Shown piece by piece: positions 25,113 to 40,506 of a DNA stretch of 64,000 nucleotides. The position numbers and the translations under genes are program-made. Every line of letters starts with the position of its first letter. Position 1 is the first letter of the stretch. The DNA lies in assembly GCF_009914755.1 (NCBI RefSeq), contig NC_060926.1. One strand, written 5' to 3'. This stretch comes from the human T2T-CHM13v2.0 reference genome, Homo sapiens. The notes under the pieces are model-generated. The model worked only from the letters and a program-made list of their open reading frames with translations. It ran no database searches and was not told the origin of the DNA.

Positions 25113-28100
25113 GTCAGGAGTAAGTTCCTACTTATTAATAATAGCAATGAATGGAAATGGATTAAACTCTCCAATCAAAAGATAGAGAGTGGCTGAATGG
25201 ATGGAAAAACAAGACCCAACGATCTGTTCCCTACAAGAAACTTTACCTATAAAGATACATAGGGAGTGAAAATAAAGGGATAAAAAATGATATTTCATTC
25301 AATGGAAATGAAAAAAGCAGGAGTAGCTATACTTATGTAAGACAAAATATATTTCAAGACAAAAACTGTAAGAGACAAAAAAGATCATTATGTAATGATA
25401 AAGGGGTCAATTCAGCAAGATGATATAAGAATTGCATATATATATGCTCCCAACACTGGAGTATCCAGATATATAAAGCAAATATTATTAGAGCGAAAGA
25501 GACAGATAGACCTCAGTGCAACAATAGCTGGAGACTTCAACACCCCACTTTCAGCATTGGACAGATCTCCCAGGCCGAAAATTAACAAAGCAACATTTGA
25601 TTTAATCTGTATTATAGAACAAAATGGACCTAATAGATATTTAAAGAACATTGAATGGCTACAGAATACACATTATTTTCTTCAGCACATGGATCATTCT
25701 CAAGGACAGATCATATGTTAGGTCAAAAAACGAGTCTTAAAACATTCAAAAAATTGAAATAATATCAAGCATCTTCTCTGATCACAATGGAATAAAACTA
25801 GAAATTATTAACATGAATAATTTTAGAATTTCCATGAATTTTACAAATACATAGAAATTAAACAGCATGTTCCTGAATGTCCAATGAGTCAGTAAAGAAA
25901 TTCAGAAGAAAATTGGAAACCTTCTTGAAACAAATGATAATGGAAACACAACATACCGAAACCTATGGAATACAGTGAAAGCAGTACTAAGAGGGAAATT
26001 TATAGCTGTAAGTGCTTACATCGAAAAAGAAGAAAAACTTCAAATAAATAACCAATAATGCATCTTAAATAACTAAAAAAGCAACAGCAAACCAACCCAA
26101 AACTTAGTAGAAGAAAATAAATAATAAAGATAAAAGCAGAAATACATGAATTTGAAATGAATAAAACAATACAAAAGATCAATGAAACTGTTTTTTTAAA
26201 AAGGTAAACAAAACTGACAACCTTTAGCCAGATTAAGCAAAAAAGAGAGAAGACTCAAATAAATTTAAAAAAAAAGGAATGAAAAAGGAGTTATTACAAC
26301 TTATATCACATATATTCAAAGCATCATTAATGGCTACTATGAGCAACTATATACCAATAAATTGGAAAATCTAGAAGAAGTTGATAAATTCCTAGACACA
26401 TGCAACCTACCAAGATTGAACCATGAAGAAATAAAAAACCTAAACAGACCCATAACAAGTAATGAGATAAAAGCCGTAGTAAAAAGTCTAGTAAAGAAAA
26501 GCCCAGGACCCAATGGCTTCACTGCTGAATTCTACCAAGCATTTAAAGAAGAACCAAAACCAATCCTACTCTAACTGTTTGAAAAAATAGAGGAAAAGGG
26601 AATACTTCCAAACTCCTTCTATGAGGCCAGTATTACCCTGACAACACCACCAAAGACACATCAAATAAAGAAAAATACAGGCCAATATGTCTGATAAATA
26701 TTGATGCAAAAATCCTCAAAAAATATTAGCACACTGAATTCAACAATACATTTAGAAGATCATTCATTATGACCCAGCGAAATTTATCCCAGGATTGCAA
26801 GGATGGTTCAACATTTACAAATCAATCAGTGTCATACACAATATCCATAGAATGAAGGACAAAAACCATATAATCATTTCAATTGATGCTGAAAAAGCAT
26901 GTGATAAAGTTCAACATCGCTTTATGATAAAATCCCTCAAAAAACTGGGTATAGAAATAACATATTCAACATAAGAAAAGCCATGTATGACAGACTCACA
27001 GCTAGTATCATACTGAGTGAAAAGCCAAAGACTTTTCTCTTAGATCTGAACATGACAAAGATGCCCACTGTCACTGTTGTTATTCAAGATAGTACTGAAA
27101 GTCCCAGCCAGAGCAACCAGACAAAGGGAAGAAATAAAGGGCATTCAAATTGGAAAGGAAGAAGTAAAGTAATTCTTGTTTGCAGATGATATGATCTTAT
27201 ATTTGGAAAAAAACTAAAGATTACACCAAAAAATGATTAGAACTAATAAATTTAAAAAATAAATTTTGCAGGATACAAAATTAACATACACAAATAAGTT
27301 GCATTTTTATATGTCAATGCTAAACAATCCAAAAAAGAAAAAAAAGAAAAGTAATCCCACTCACTGTAGCCACAAATAAAAACAAATACCTAGGAATAAA
27401 CCAAACCAAAGAAGTGAAATATCTCTATAATGAAGACCATGAAATAGCAATGAAATAAATTGAAGAGGATACAAAAAAATAAAAAGACATTCAATGTTCA
27501 TGAACTGGAAGAATCAATATTGTTATAATGTTGATGCTACCCAAAGCAATCTACAGATTCAATGCAATCTCTATTAAAATATCAATGACATTCTTCACCA
27601 AAATAGAAAAAAAAATCAAATAAAAATGAATTAAAGGCTTAAATGTAAGACCTCAAACTATGAAAGCACTATAGGAAAACATTGGATAAACTCTCCAGGA
27701 CATTGATCTGGGCAGATTTCTTGAGTAATACCCCACAAACACAAGCAACCAAAGCAAAAATGGACAAATGGAATCACATCAAGTAAAAAAGCTTCTTCAC
27801 AGCAAAGGAAACAATCAACAAAGTGAAGAGACAACCTACAGAAAGGGAGAAAATATTTGCAAACTACCCATCTGACAAGAGATCAATAACCAGAACATAT
27901 ATAAAGCTCAAACAACTTTATAAAAAAAACTAATAATTTGATTAAAAAATGGGCAAAAGATTTGAATAGACATTTCTCAAAAGACATACAAATATCAAAC
28001 AGGCATATGAAAAGGTGTTCAACATTACTGATTATCAGAGAAATGCAAATCAAAGCTACAATGAGATATCATCTCACCCCAGTTACAACGGCTTCTATCC

Positions 28101-28910
28101 AAAAGACAGGCAATAACAAATGCTGGATAGAATGTTGAGAAAAGGGAACCCTTATATACTCTTAGTGGAAATGTAAATTAGTACAACCACTATAGAGAAC
28201 AGTTTGAAAGTTTCTGAAAAAAATAAAAATAGAGCTACCATAAAATTCAGCACTCCCATTGCTAGTTATACACTTAAAGGAAATCAGGTAATTGAAGAGA
28301 TCTCTGCACTCCCATGTTTGCTGAAGCTCTGTTCACAGCAGCCAATGTTTGGAAGCAACCTAAGTGTCCATCAACAGATGAATGGATAAAAAAGTGTGGT
28401 GCATATACACAATGGAGTATTATTCAGCCATAAAAAATGAGATTCTGCCATTTGCACCAAAATGCAACTGGAAATTATTATGTTAAAAGCAATAAGCCAG
28501 GCACAGAAAGACAAACATTACATATTCTCACTTATTTGTCAGATCTAAGAATCAAAACAATTGAACTCATGAAGATAGAAAATAGAAGGAATGTTACCAG
28601 AGGCTGGGACAGTAGTAAGGGGCCAGGCGGGGAAGTGGGGATGGTGAAAGGGTACAAAAAAAAAAAAAAAGGACAAATAAGGCCTAGTTATTTGATAGCA
28701 CAACAAAGAGACTATAGTCAATAATAATTTAATTGTACACATAAAAATAAAAGAGTATAGTTGGATTGTTTGTAACACAAAGAATGCTTGAGGGGATGGA
28801 TACCCAATTCTCCATGATTTGATTATTACACATTGCATGCCTGTACCAAAATATCTCTTGTACATCATAAATATATATACCTACCATGTACCCACAAGAA
28901 CTAAAAAGGA
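25113..28910 (+). mobile_element. Old 5'-truncated L1 (L1MA2-like): decayed ORF2 plus 3'UTR
   Basis: Begins at the ORF2 N-terminus; fragments MIKGSIQQDDI..YAPNTG..IAGDFNTPLSALDRS (endonuclease) and [14 protein letters not shown]; many stops and frameshifts; L1MA-type 3' end ...GAGGGGATGGATACCC...ATGTACCCACAA. Confidence 0.92.
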
Positions 28911-29917
28911 AATTGAGAAAAAGAAAAATTCAGCCAGCATAATTTATCCATTGAATGTATTCTAGTTATTCTCTTTAAAGATCCTACTCTTTAAATATAT
29001 AAAGAAAAAAATTAATTATAGCATGATTTATAATTAAAAAATGTTTAAAATTAGAAAATGTTAAATAGATTATGATCAGTTCTGCAAACAAAATATTTTG
29101 CCGACTTAATGTTTACCTGGAACTTTAATGGCATGAAAAATGTTCATAATGTAAGGTGAAGTATCAAATCTTATTAAATGTTAATGTATATGATAAAAGC
29201 TATTACCTCTCATCGTGGAATTAGATCATTCTGTCCTTCAGGATACATTTTTAAGGCACATATCCTCAATCCTCATTTACAGGTACGTTGTGAAATTAGA
29301 GGTGATTTATTTTTCTCTTATAATTTTCTTTACTTTCTTTAATTTGCTTACAATGAGCCCATATTCCTTTTATTATTAGTAAGATAACAAGATAAACTAC
29401 TGTATAATGACCTAGACGTGGAGATACGTCCGCTGCAGCCCAGGCTTCACTCTCCTGCCCTTGCAAGTGGTATCACTCCACCAGTTCTTTCAGGGTTTCC
29501 GCCCGTGAATGCCATCACCAATGCTGTCCGCCCACGCCACGCTTCCAGGTGCAGAAACCTGGCATGACAGGACTGTACCCCCCACCTCCTGCCCCACTCC
29601 AGCTGACTTGTACCCTCACACCCTGTTTTTATGAAGCGCTATTATTCCAAGGAATGCACCCAGTAGGCACCTGGACATTGAGGAAGTACATAAGCCAGCA
29701 AACCAAGTGTGCTGTGTTTATTAACACCAGGTAAATTCAGTTTTCACTAGGTTATTCCAAGCTACTAGTTGACAGTTGATGCAATGACAATAGATCTATT
29801 ACAGGATCTGAAAGCTCTAATATATCTGTTTTGAAAAATGCCTTATTCTCAAAGAAAATTTACCCACAACTAATACAAGAGCATCATTTGAGCATCTAAT
29901 AAGGGCCAGGTTCAATA

Positions 29918-30065
29918 TGGGAAAAGAAAAAAAAAGGAAGGAAGGAAGGGAGGGAGGAGGAAGGGAAGGAGAAAGAAAGAAGAACGAAAAGAAAGAAAGA
30001 AAAGAAAAAGAAAGAAAGAAAGAAGAAAAGAAAAGAAAAAAAGGGAACGGCAAGGCAAGGCAGGC
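29918..30065. repeat. Purine-rich (GA/GAAA/GGAA) low-complexity tract
   Basis: Read directly. Confidence 0.9.
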
Positions 30066-31740
30066 AATGGGGAACACAGCAGGCATCTAAAAAATATAAA
30101 AGATGAAATGAGATTTACCTGAAGTTACCTAAATTTTGGCCAGGGGAAAATGTAAACTAAAATTCAGCTGTCCTTGTTACCGAATTCTCCATTCCTCCTC
30201 TCAAGTGTTCCAGTGGTGGAGAGAAGACAGGCTCTCTCTGCTGCCCTGTCTCAGCCAACTTTCCTGGCTTCGTTCTCAAGGAGGGTGTCCAAATGGTCTG
30301 ACCCAAGCTCCTCTCTCCTGTCCTGCCTCTGCTTACCTCTGTTTGTCCCGACTACCCTTTTAACTTTAAAATTCCCCCTGAATACCAGCCCATGCTTCAG
30401 GTTCCAGGCTAAGATTCAGCCCTCCCATGGCCTCTTTCTGAACCCAGGAAACCTCTCGGGATCTCAGCTCCAGCCCTGGTCTGTGTCTGGGCATGAGTCC
30501 ACACTGCCCACCACAAGCTGTTCTTCCTATTGAGCTGCAGGGACGGATGCTGGCTCCTCCATTCTGCAATCCAGGAGGGACTCAGGGATGGCTCCTCAGA
30601 GGGATCAGTGCAGAAACTGCTCTTGCATACAGCAGAATTCTTATTTTAATTCTATAACAGATTTCTAAATTCTTGAATATAAAAGCAACTATAACACCAC
30701 AGGTGTGTGTTGCTGGTAGATGGGCGGGGTGTTGAAGGGGGAAGACAGCAGCAGGGAGGGCCCGGCATGCAAAGCTCCCCTGTCCCCACCACCAAAGACC
30801 ACATCTCCAAGGCTAAAGGAAAGAGGCCATCGTCTTCTTCATCTGTCCTCACCTCCCCCACGAAAAGCATCCCTGGGTGTGCTCAGTGGGGTGCTATATG
30901 TCTTCTAAAATGCCTTCCCCTCTTTCTTCCCCCTTATGTGAATTTTTCTAGAACATTCTGGGGCCTATAACTTTGTAAACAAGATCATTCTCTCCTTCAG
31001 GACACCTTTTTAGGGCATGTATCCTGAATCCTCATTTACATCTACAGTCAAGGAAGTAAAATTTTTTTTAAAAAAATAAACCAAATTTCTATCCCTCACT
31101 TGAAAGCCTTTATTTTCAGTTAAGGTCTTAGGCAAGTTTTTCTGCAAAATTTTAGAGTCAATCAAAGAGAAGAACATATAAAAATAATGTGGCTTTTGCT
31201 ATTGTGGCACCTTTGAAAAAGAAAAAAAGAATTTAAAAAAAAAAGAAAAAAAGAGAAGGAAACATCATTGATCACCAGGACACCTGTGAGCCGGAGCGGG
31301 CTCCACTGTCCAGCCTGGTCTCCATTCCAGCTGCAGCTTTTGCTGCCCCCCTCGCAGGAGCCTCCCTTCTCTGGGAACAGGGCTCGCTGGCTTCCACACA
31401 GTGACTTCGCCTTGAAGGTGCTGAGGAGAGCGTTAGGCGCTTTCTCTACTCTTCCACCTTTGGCTGAGTCAGCATATGAAATTTCTGGATAATAGTCCAC
31501 ACAGAGCATTGCTCAGCGGGAAATCTCAGTAATGGCGTGGCCCAGAGTCACTGACTGATAATGTCTTCACTTCTAATGCTCTATAGGGGGAAGGGGGATG
31601 CAGTTAAAAGGAAGGATTGGGAACGTGTTTGTAAAAACGAGTGCCAAGAAGGGCATGCAAAGTAAAACACAGGATCACGGAAGAGAAATGCACCAAGGAG
31701 GCTGAGAGCTGAGAGGAGAAAAAACTCCCAGTTCATGTGC

Positions 31741-31924
31741 AGGAAGCAGGGCAGGAGAGCAAGTGGGAAACAAGAAGCAGGGCAGGAGAGCAAGTCGGAA
31801 ACAGGAAGCGGGGCAGGAGGGCAAGTCGGAAACAGGAAGCGGGGCAGGAGGGCAAGTCGGAAACAGGAAGCGGGGCAGGAGGGCAAGTCGGAAACAGGAA
31901 GCGGGGCAGGAGAGCAAGTCGGAA
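31741..31924. repeat. 31-bp VNTR, ~6 copies (GGAAACAGGAAGCGGGGCAGGAGGGCAAGTC)
   Basis: Units start at 31766, 31797, 31828, 31859 and 31890, plus a partial first unit. Confidence 0.97.
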
Positions 31925-31934
31925 TTTCCCGGAA
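31921..31934. promoter_or_regulatory. Overlapping NF-kB (GGAATTTCCC) and STAT GAS (TTCCCGGAA) consensus motifs
   Basis: GGAATTTCCCGGAA read directly; function untested. Confidence 0.4.
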
Positions 31935-34442
31935 ACAATCATTCCAGCCACTGCCACTCTCCTAAGGTCTGCCTTCAGCGAGACTGTGAATTAACTTTCA
32001 TCCTAAGCTTATTTAAAACATGTTTTAGATGAAAAGATTACATAGTTTGGGAAAAATGCTCCAAAATATACATAAAGACACACATATATGCACCCCCAGC
32101 ACACTATGTATAAAAGATAACTAAAACCGAAGGCTCCCTGTGATAAGTGTGAAAGGAATGTTGTGCACCGTGGCCGTGGCGTTACTCACAGAATTCTGCA
32201 CTGTGCATTGTGTGTATCCCAAAGAGTATATGGTACCTTTTGCAGATTTGCAACATATAAGGTTTTGCATAAGAGTTTGCATATATTTGTCCAATGCACA
32301 TATAAGTAAGCAAATAATCTACTTTTATATGAGATTCAATTAATGCCGTTCATGGGGAAAATCTTCAACAATGACTGCAGATCAGACCTGGATTCGGGAT
32401 TTAGAGTCGAACTCCATCAATCCATGAAGGAAGCAGAGGCCCTGGGAGGGGAACAACTCATTCAGCAGCTACAGGATCTCCGGGAGGCCTGGGGGCTGGG
32501 CTGCACCTCAGGAGACTGTGATGGGACATTGATGTGGGCATTTTCCAGAGGCGCTGGAGCTGCTGAGAGAAGGGACTCTAGAGCTGCATTGCCGTGGTGG
32601 CCTCCATGCTCCTGTCTCCTTATCTGCACAGTGGTTGTTGTGAAGATTAGACAGATTCAGACATGTATGTTTCTTACAGCACTGGCTGCCACATAGATCA
32701 ATAAATCTTAGCTATTATTAGTACTTAGTATTTTGTTTTAAACACCCTGAAAAAGCCATATAGATACAGAATGGCAAAGTTCCACAGAAAGATGCGAAAT
32801 GTTCATTTTTTTTCTAATGAAAGTGCTTATTGTCATCTCCTCTTTCCATTTTTACTTAATTGAACTTTAATCTTCATCACAAGAATCACAGCTTGTCCTT
32901 CTGACCAAGAAAATTGTCCTCCAACTGATCTACCATACAGCCCCAACTACTTCCCATTTTTTATTTTATTCCCCTCTTCCCCAAACTTTTACTACAAGGA
33001 AATGATCTATATTTTTTCTCGACTTCTATAATATACATGTGCCATATTCTTTCCTACATAAATATTTCCAGTTTATTTTTTGTTTTTATGATATTTAACC
33101 CATCTGCCTCCAGGAAATATTTGAAGTGATTTAAAATAAAAGACATGTGAATGTTTAATAGTTAATAAAAATAGGCCAAAGGGAAGGGTCTATGGAAAGA
33201 GATAATTTTATAGAAAATAAATAGTCTTGTGATTTTAAATGTTTTGTTTTCCTAAATGTAGGAAGTGATCCTCTTTCTCCACCGAACACCATTTATGGTT
33301 CATCCTGCAGCTCCCCGTCCTGACAGCCTTTCTGGGCTGCCCGATTACAGGGTGATTTCTTACCCCCCTAAATTTCCAACACACACTCATTACCCTTCCA
33401 TCTATGTCACGCAATATATCAGGAGGATATTGGGGGGGTTGTTAGTTTTTAAGCACAAGCCTCATCTTCCTGCTCAGCCCTAAGCCTCCTCACATACAAG
33501 TCTTTTGCCCCAGAAAAGGGTAACGGTTGCCCTCAGAGCATCAGAGCAGCTGCAAACCCACCTAGAAGGGAGGGGAGAAAGGAGCCACACGGTGAAATCA
33601 TTCTACGATTTTCACTGGAAATTCAAATTACTCTGGAAACGATATTTACATCAGCCCTTATTTGCAACTGGATTTTCAAAATATTTGAATAATTTTCTAA
33701 AAATATGAATCACTTGAACATAAAACATTTACAGAATGAAGGCTGGGCCGTCATCCTGTTTTTAGCTATTTGTCGCACATACCCGTGTGGATGCCTGCAG
33801 TGACAGGTACAGAAGCCGTCTTCATCCTCATCACACCCATGACCATATTAGACTGGCTGTTGTGAAACAAAGCAAGCTCTGGAGGCCGTTTCTAGTCCCG
33901 CTGCTTTCTGCCCCATCACGGATATTGTCTTTCATCTGGGATAAGAGCAGTAACAGCTTATACCTATTAGGGGCCAGTTGAAGTGATGAAAGTTGTGAAC
34001 ACCTTACCCTTTACTGAGTCTGAATTAATTCATGGCAACAGCCTTGCTTTGCTCCCTGGTACTTTTCTGCAGCTACCAAGTCTCATTAAATAGGGAGCCA
34101 TAGCGGGGTAAAAGGACAACTTGTTTTCTAAAGAGAAGGTCCACCTGACCTTGCCACAGGTGGAGATTACTGTTAATCACCTCTGTAACCATCTTCACTC
34201 GCGTCGGGCCAAAACAAGACCCCCGGTGAATAGACAGAGGCTCCGGGCTGTAGATGTGAGCACAGTGTTCTCAGTGCTGACATGGCACGCTGCTCAAAGA
34301 GGCGTGAGGCCAAACTGGTCCGCAGGCCGAGGCCAGTGTGGGCACCATCAGCAACTTGAAAGGCCACACCTGAAAGGTAAAACTATTGATCCAGTGAGCA
34401 GCTTAGGCTTTCTTAGGAAAGTGAATAAGGGTTTCAGATCAG

Positions 34443-34656
34443 CAGTTGTCCAACTGTGGCCACAGGTCTAATTCAGGTGCCACCTATTTTTATAAATAAG
34501 GGGTTTTAAAACACAACCATATCCTCACAATTCCGTATTATCTATGCTGCTTAGCGCTACAGCAGCAGAATGGAGTAGTGGGAACAGGAACCATCTGGCT
34601 CTAAGGTCAAACATATTTACTATCTGCCTTTTAAGGATAAAGTTTGTCAACTACTG
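34443..34656. mobile_element. MER58A-like hAT relic
   Basis: CAGTTGTCCAACTGTGGCCACAGG...ATATTTACTATCTGCCTTTTAAGGATAAAGTTTGTCAACTACTG, with imperfect TIRs. Confidence 0.7.
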
Positions 34657-35099
34657 TTTTCCACCATTTCTCTGGAAACAGAAATCCAAAGAGATGCTAT
34701 AACCTTTAGAACATTGTGCAGAGGGAATTCGAAGAAACTGAGTGCAGGACAATAAGCAGCATTTGGGAATCGTGTGACAGTACAAAATGCTCCTTTTTTA
34801 AAAGCGAGAGCACTAATTGCACTATATGGCCAGGTAATGCTGACATAAACATCCAAAGCCGTCATAAGAAGCAAAGGCATAGCAGTCACTATGTCAGCAG
34901 TGACAAATGGGCTGAGGATTGATACAGGGGAAGTGCAAAGCAAATGTCTGCTACTCATGTCTGTTCACATGTATGAGAGTGTGCATGTGTGTGTAAATGC
35001 CATTCATATAGCCACACAGACACACAGGCACTTATAAACATGTGTGTAGTCATACATACATAGGTTGCTGCCTCCTTGAAGTTACTGAAAAACAGATTT

Positions 35100-35270
35100 T
35101 CAATGTTCCCCTTGCTTCACCTGGAGAGCTTAGTGAACTATGCATTCCTGTGCCCCACCCCCAGAGTTTCCAATTCTGTGGAATTGGAATGGGGTCCAGA
35201 ACGTCCTTGTCTAAGAAGCCCAGCTGATGCTCCTGTGGCTGATCAGGGCACCCCACTGAGAACACTACTT
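35100..35270. mobile_element. MER5A-like hAT relic
   Basis: TCACCTGGAGAGCTT...GCCCCACCCCCAGAGTTTCCAATTCTGTGG...CCACTGAGAACAC. Confidence 0.65.
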
Positions 35271-35494
35271 GAGAGAATAATCGCCATTCCCGAATTAGTA
35301 GGACCCTCTGGATACCTCCTGTGGAGTGAAAATTAATTCAGGTGAAACACACAGCCCCTGCAATTTGCTATTATGACTTTGAACTTGGGGCTCATATTGG
35401 AAATGACTGACGGTTTTCTCTATCGATGATGTCTTAATGCCCTGGGATTGTTTTTCCAGGTTGGAGCCATAAGGACCTTGAAAGATCCAATCTT

Positions 35495-35565
35495 GGCTGC
35501 GGTGGCTTATGCCTGTAATCTCAGCACTTTGGGAGGCTGAAGCGGTTGGATCACGAGGTCAAGGA
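35495..35565 (+). mobile_element. Alu 5' fragment (~70 nt)
   Basis: GCGGTGGCTTATGCCTGTAATCTCAGCACTTTGGGAGGCTGAAGCGGTTGGATCACGAGGTCAAG, then Alu similarity ends. Confidence 0.85.
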
Positions 35566-35742
35566 TGAGGAGAGATGCCATTCAAGGAACAGAAAACCTT
35601 ATCAGACAGGAAAAGTAAGTCCTGGAGCTCTAACGCACAGCATGGTGACTATGGTAAATAGCACTGTATCGTCTATTTGAAATTTGCTAAGAGAGTAGCC
35701 TCAAGGGTTCTCATCACTAACTTTTTAAAAATGGAACTATGT

Positions 35743-37510
<1,768 letters not shown>

Positions 37511-38289
37511 AAAAATGGAACTATGTGAGGTGATAGATGTATTAGTTAGCTTGATTGTGGTATCCTTTCCTAATGTATATATATATCACATCATCACATT
37601 GTGTATCTTAAATACATATAGTTTTTATTTGTCAATTATATTTTAAAAGAGCTGAAAAAAAATCAGGAATATGTCCCCAAAGTGAAAATTGTGACCTGAA
37701 AATCTCCAAATCTTTAGGATTAATGGGAAAATTAAAATCACATTCTGACTGACCCTCGTCTTATAGAAAATGTGGCTAGTATCGATCCATTCCAGGGAGT
37801 GCTAATCCCCCTGGGATGGATGTCAAGGTACGGGTCATCCCGACGGCAGATGGGCTTCAGGATTGGGAATCCTGGGTTGGAGCCCTGTCAATGTGTGTCG
37901 CTGGCCAGGTGTGCTAGGTCACATTGTTTAACCTTCCCGAGCTCCAGTTTATTTCATATAGAAAGAAAAAGATGTGCACAGCACTGGCCAGGGGTTCTGT
38001 GAAGACACAGTAGCCTAATGTATGTGAAAAATGTTTCAGAAACAGTCAAGCTCCTTCACATGGCTCTTCCACTGCAGCCTCCCCAGCCCAGGCTCTGACA
38101 ATGAGCAGGCGCTCATTTTACACACGTCTTGACATTAGCGTGGCCTGGCTCCCTCTAAACAAGATCAGAGTATCCACGCCATTCCTTAGTGTTTTCAGAT
38201 GCACTCACCGAGCACGGAGATTACATTACAGAGAGAAACAGGATTCACAATGCGTGATGAGATTTTACACCTGGCTCCCCGCTGACTGA

Positions 38290-38470
38290 TGTGTGATGCT
38301 GAAAAATTATTGGCTAACACTGTCTGTGCCTCCGTGACCCCATCTGTGAAATGGGCATTGGAGTAATAAAACTTGACAAAACTTTCCTGAGGATCAAATG
38401 AGAAAAGTTTTGTGAATAGAACTTCAAAATTGTAAAGGCATATACAGACTTCGTGCCTATTATTATACAA
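38290..38470 (+). mobile_element. MIR fragment
   Basis: CTGTGCCTCCGTGACCCCATCTGTGAAATGGGCATTGGAGTAATAAAAC...GAGGATCAAATGAGAAAAG. Confidence 0.6.
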
Positions 38471-39223
38471 CAACTCTAAGAATTTTTACTGTATCTCAAG
38501 TGAAAATGACAGGTTTGACTGAAGAACCATAGTGATAAACCAGAAACTGAATGCTGTGCTTGTGAGTTACTATTTCACAACTTCTAGAACCATTCATACT
38601 TCTAATTTTGCAAGGCTGATAGCAGAACTATCACCTACTTCAGCCTAAGTCATCTGTATCCTGCTGGAGCAACTTTGAAATTTCTTTCTTTCGACCTTTC
38701 TGTTTTACGTATTTTTTTCTATCTTACAGAAGCTTACTTTGCTGGTGAATTATTTTTTTTTTTGTTATATTATACTGAGACTCTGCTTTATTAAAATTTC
38801 CTAAAAGAATTTTCCCTAGATTTCCTTTATTTTTATTATCTTCCTCTTTGCAATTGGAATATATTTCCCAGCCCATGTGGCACAATCACCTGCAGGGTGT
38901 CTTCAGAATCGGACACTCAGCTGGCTGCTCATCGGTGACCTGGCCTGGTGAGGAGGGTGATGATTTCTCTGTTTTGTTGTCATGGTAATGTCTTCCGGGA
39001 CAATGCTCCTAGCATTTCTCTTGGGAAATTCTGCCAGATTCTGAAACACACTACTCTCAGGAGCCTGTCCTTGATACTTTGTTAACGGTGTTATTTATCA
39101 GATTACTCAGAGATTGAGCACCAACAAATCCTGTCTCAGGAAGTCTTGGTTAGGCAACATTTGCCTCAGTCCATTGCCCCATGCTCAACTCACCCTACCG
39201 CCCTTCCTCCCTGCTGGGGTGCA

Positions 39224-39238
39224 TGTGTGTGTGAGTGC

Positions 39239-39270
<32 letters not shown>
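39224..39270. repeat. Imperfect (TG)n microsatellite
   Basis: Read directly. Confidence 0.9.
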
Positions 39271-40189
39271 TTCCAACATGTGTCTACAATAGAATCTCCA
39301 ACTTTTTTGTTTCACAATTTCTTTGCATTTTGTTGTTCTTACCATCAAGTCAAACCAGAAAACTACATTTCTATTGCACTTATACACTATGTCTTTTGAT
39401 ATTGTTGTTCAGTTGCATTATAAATCTGATTACAGTCTTTTAGACAAATCGGAAATGAAGAAAGAATATTATAAATTAGGAACATAACTATATCATCTGC
39501 TAATGTTAAATAGACACAAAATTATCTGAATGGAACTAAGAAGATAATTAACAAACCCCTGGGATAGCCACAGCATTAGTCCTCCCCCCTGTTAGGTAGG
39601 AAACAGAATTATCTTCCATTGCCAAGTCCTCAAAACTTCTATCAATAGGGAGTTGGCAGGTGAGATGTTCAGATTTGGCTAATGAGGCAAATAGCAGAAT
39701 CTGGCAAAAAATGCATTTATGTTAGAAGTCAAAAAGAAATAAGTAAGAGAGTGGTGCAGATACAAAAACAACGTCCACAATTGAAAATAATACATTTGTG
39801 GAGATCTTCAGACCATTAAAATGTTAGGCAGTGGCCTAATGATGATGTGCTTCTCGTAAATGGAGACTGAAAGTAAAGCCTAAGTCAGGGAATTTGTGCT
39901 TGTGATTATTAGAACAGTTTCTGGAGCCAGCCAGGAAGGAGGACATACACTAGGAACATCCTTCATTTCTTAAAAGAATAAAAATAAACTTAAAAAATAC
40001 ACAGGGAAACAAATTGTTGGAATGAGATAAAACTTTAATACTTAATGTTTCCCAAAAAGGTAATATTAAATTTAAAAAGTGCATGATAAAATGAACCCAA
40101 CTCAAATTAGAGTCATGGACATTCTATGATCCATGGGTGCAATTGAGACACCCCTTAACATAACTTCAGGAGTCTGGAGTTTTTGTGTA

Positions 40190-40320
40190 TTTTTTACATT
40201 TTTTCAGTGTTGAATCCCAACAGCTAGAATAGTGTCTGACACATTGCAGGCACTAAATAAATATTTGTGAAGTAGGTAAATAATCAACTTTGGGGAAGAA
40301 TAATGAATGAATGAATGTGT
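40190..40320 (+). mobile_element. L2 3' end
   Basis: CTAGAATAGTGTCTGACACATTGCAGGCACTAAATAAATATTTGTGAA...AATGAATGAATGAATG. Confidence 0.6.
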
Positions 40321-40426
40321 GTTTTATCTATTTCTTAAGTTCTCTTTCTGGAATTATTTATAAAATATCCAATTTTGCCATAATATCCTATCAAGCAAAA
40401 TACTTCCACAAATAATTATGATTCCT

Positions 40427-40495
40427 TCCAGCCTGGGTGACAGAGAAAGACTCCGTCTCAAAACAAACAAACAAACAAACAACAACAAAAAAAAA
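40427..40495 (+). mobile_element. Severely 5'-truncated Alu (last ~33 nt plus (CAAA)n tail)
   Basis: TCCAGCCTGGGTGACAGAGAAAGACTCCGTCTC followed by AAAACAAACAAAC... Confidence 0.9.
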
Positions 40496-40506
40496 CCAAA
40501 TAATTA

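Noticed and set aside
34647-34958. ORFs on both strands with protein-like composition
   Set aside because: No recognisable homology or convincing splice context; one runs into the MER58 relic.
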